Positions 61,200 to 64,000 of a stretch of DNA of 64,000 bases are shown here, piece by piece. Both the position numbers and the translations under genes were made by a program. Location of the stretch: NCBI GenBank assembly GCA_024704765.1, contig JAKMXF010000343.1:62001-126000 (forward strand), given 5' to 3'. The notes under the pieces were generated by a model that ran no database searches, had not been told where the DNA came from, and worked only from the letters and a program-made list of their open reading frames with translations. Every line of letters begins with the position of its first letter. Within the stretch, counting starts at the first letter, position 1. The DNA is from Oopsacas minuta (lineage: Eukaryota > Animalia > Porifera).

Positions 61200-62743
61200 A
61201 TGGCAGATAATAGTGGTGAATTATTGAGTCTGAGAAAGGAAGAGATCTGTGTCGAGTAAGAGGAGAGGGAGGAATATCTCTAGGTTTTAGGAAAGATATT
61301 CTAACTGAAAATTTGTCAAAGAGAGACAATGTACTCCTAGTTTGTACCCGTTGTCAAGGAATTCTAAGAGACGCATGTATATCGAGTAGCGGAGAACAAG
61401 TTTGTTTTTGTTGTAAGAAACTCCATTTAGGTATCAGAGAGGAACGAACCACTCAGAATGTACACGTGAGGGACACAGTCCTCTCACTCAAGTGTTCGTG
61501 CCCCTTGTATAAACGGGGCTGTGAATGGCTAGGAACACTAGGAGAATGTGAGAACCATCTTGATGTGTGTATTCATGTTCATGAGAACTGTAAATTAGGA
61601 TGTGATATAGTGTTACCACGTCATAAGCTATATATACATATGAGTGAACAGTGTCTATTTCGTAATATAACGTGTGAATACTGTCAGATAGATTTTCAAG
61701 TTTGTGAAATGCCAAGTCATCTGAGTAAGTGCGACAAATTTCCACTAACATGTGAACTCAAATGTGGCACAGTAGTGCATCGCGAGGATATGTCATGGCA
61801 TCTAGAGAAAGATTGCAGTCGCGTGCCAGAGAAATGCAAACTATGCTGTGCAATAGAGTTACCACGTGAAGAGCTCAATAAACATATGAACGAAAAGTGT
61901 GTGCAACGTAACCTACGATGTGAGCATTGTAAGAGAGATTTCAAAGTTTATGACATACCTAACCATCAGAAAGAGTGTCTGAAAATGCCACTGAAGTGTG
62001 AAGTGGGATGTAACTTACTTGTATGTCGTGAAGACATGGCACGACACATTGAGCAGGAGTGCGTAGAGAAGAAGGTAGAGTGTCCGTTTAGAAAATACAA
62101 GTGTGAAGTAGGACTAATCAAGAGGAAGGAACTCAATCAACATTTGAAGGAGAAGAGGACTGAACACACAGAATTGAAACTCAGTGCTATGGAAGAGATT
62201 ATTATGCAACAGAGCGAAATGAATTCTACACATAACGAAATAATAAGGAAACAGGGCGAATCGATTTCTAAACAGAAAGAAACTATTGAACGTATGTCCC
62301 AAGAGATAGATGCATTAAAAACAGAGGCTAACGATTTGAAGCAAGTTTCCCTTAATGCCACTAAACTACACTGGCGAATAAATGACGTACGAAAGATAAC
62401 GACTCCATTTTCTGTTTTCACACATCAAGAACAGTTTCATGCCGACGGATATAACATTATACTTAAGCATTATTACGCTACCAGAGATATTTTTGAGATT
62501 CAATTCCACCCACATGATGGTTGTAGCTATCCATCTTTCAAAGCATTATTTATAACCTCTCTGATTTGTCATAGCAATCCGAGAGGCACAAAGTTACTCG
62601 GGAGTGAATTATTTCAAGTGCATGAACCAATTTTTCATGGTTATAAGACAATTGGTAAATTCCAGAGATCTGTTATTACAGCAGAATTTATCAAAGATGG
62701 AGGCATTGACTTTGAAATAATTGTAGATTGGAAGTTCTTATAA
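61200..62743 (+). pseudogene. TRAF-like paralog with a 1-nt frameshift near the start
   Basis: The ATG at 61200 (MADNSGE) goes out of frame and stops at about 61259. The intact body (61313-62743) is in another frame. The paralog at 63359 has gaaattcttgag where this copy has gaattattgag. Confidence 0.65.
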
Positions 62744-62845
62744 TTTTACAAGTTGTTTACTTGTTGTTTATATCGTTGATTTCATGTTATGATGCTTTCA
62801 AACCCTTCAATTTTCAGTACAGCTTATATAGGATATACTCATATA

Positions 62846-63029
62846 CAGGGTTTCATCCAGATTTTCTGAACCATACGCCTAAAATGTTCGCCTTCATATT
62901 TACGCGCGCCTAGAGTATACATTTAGTATTACGGTATGGGGTCTTCCGCTAATTTTGACCCGCCTAGGTCTATTTTTGCGGAAATATATGCGCCTGTAGC
63001 CGCGTCGCATACGCCTGGATGAAACCCTG
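62846..63029. mobile_element. hAT-like MITE
   Basis: Perfect 15-bp TIR CAGGGTTTCATCCAG/CTGGATGAAACCCTG; 8-bp TSD ctcatata/gtcatata with one mismatch. Confidence 0.85.
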
Positions 63030-63358
63030 GTCATATAGGAAGTGCCTTAATGTGTCGGACGTTGTGCAAGTCAGTGTGACTTTCGGCCCACGATGCTGAA
63101 ATATAGTAGTCAAAGACCAGCGGTTCACAACCTTTTTACCCGTGGACCTGTCATTAGAAATTTTCGTGAATATTTTGGTCCCACCCTAGGACCAATATTC
63201 CATGGGAATCGGTCTCAACATTTGTAAGTGGTTTTCGGGTATGCAGAGTTGAGTCCGATTTAGAGGCTTTACTAATCTTATTTTCACACCTTTAGGCTTA
63301 CATTTCAAATGCCATTAATCTCTTATTATACCAACAAATTAGTCATGTAATAGAATAC

Positions 63359-64000
63359 ATGGCAGATAATAGTGTTGAAATTCTTGAGCCTGAGAAAGGA
63401 AGAGATCTGTGTCGAGTAAGAGGAGAGGGAGGAATATTTCTAGGTTTTAGGAAAGATATTCTAACTGAAAATTTGACACACAGAGAGAATACATTCCTGA
63501 GTTGTACCCGTTGTCAAGGAATATTAAGTGAGGTATGTGTATCGAGTACTGGGGAACAATTTTGTTCCTGTTGTACCAAGGGAGAGGAACAAACACACCC
63601 GAATATATATGTGAGGGATACAGTTCTCTCACTCAAGTGCTCGTGTCCCTTGTTCCAACGGGGCTGTGAATGGCTAGGAACACTAGGTGAATGTGAGAAC
63701 CATCTTGATGTGTGTAGTCATGTGCATGAGAAATGTAAACTAGGATGTGATATAGTGTTACCACGTCATGAGCTATCTATACATGTCAGTGAAAAGTGCA
63801 AACTTCGTGAAATACCTTGGGAGCATTGTCAGGCAGATTTCAAAGTTTGTGATATGCCGAATCATATAGAAAAGTGTCCAAAAATGCCACTTAAGTGTGA
63901 ACTTAAATGTGGCAGAGTGATGTGTCGTATGGATATGGCACATCATCTAGAGAAAGAGTGTGGTCGTGTGGTAGAGAAATGCAAACTAGGATGTGGAATA
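63359..64000 (+). CDS. TRAF-like paralog, 5' part (runs off the window)
   Basis: ATG GCA GAT AAT AGT GTT..., open to the window end. From about 63540 it matches 59640 onward essentially base for base. Confidence 0.85.
   Translation, partial: MADNSVEILEPEKGRDLCRVRGEGGIFLGFRKDILTENLTHRENTFLSCTRCQGILSEVCVSSTGEQFCSCCTKGEEQTHPNIYVRDTVLSLKCSCPLFQRGCEWLGTLGECENHLDVCSHVHEKCKLGCDIVLPRHELSIHVSEKCKLREIPWEHCQADFKVCDMPNHIEKCPKMPLKCELKCGRVMCRMDMAHHLEKECGRVVEKCKLGCGI

Overview
Eukaryotic (animal-type) nuclear DNA: AT-rich and gene-dense, with short GT-AG introns and many TA-flanked MITEs. The compact organisation and expanded intronless TRAF-like genes suggest a sponge, possibly a glass sponge, but this is inference only. 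Housekeeping and signalling genes: arfaptin-like 3' end, intronless cyclin, X11/Mint (APBA), SPCS1, ACAP-like BAR-PH-ArfGAP, an ankyrin protein, CCT3, a SAM/RA/PDZ scaffold, OGT, PRMT5, acyl-CoA dehydrogenase, a WD40-like propeller protein and TMEM104. The most striking structure is gene nesting. A 9.35-kb CCT3 intron holds six TRAF-like genes, including a near-identical inverted pair that would fold into a long hairpin in the host pre-mRNA. OGT introns hold three divergent mitoribosomal bL36m paralogs, PRMT5 and an acyl-CoA dehydrogenase. Other highlights: a PD-(D/E)xK-like nuclease-kinase fusion beside a scrambled paralog, TRAFs with a half-RING and variable MATH domains, a second TRAF array at the right end, an inverted cyclin fragment about 35 kb from its parent, and short introns made largely of (GTTT)n/(AAAC)n. 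All assignments come from reading motifs by eye; no database search was run.
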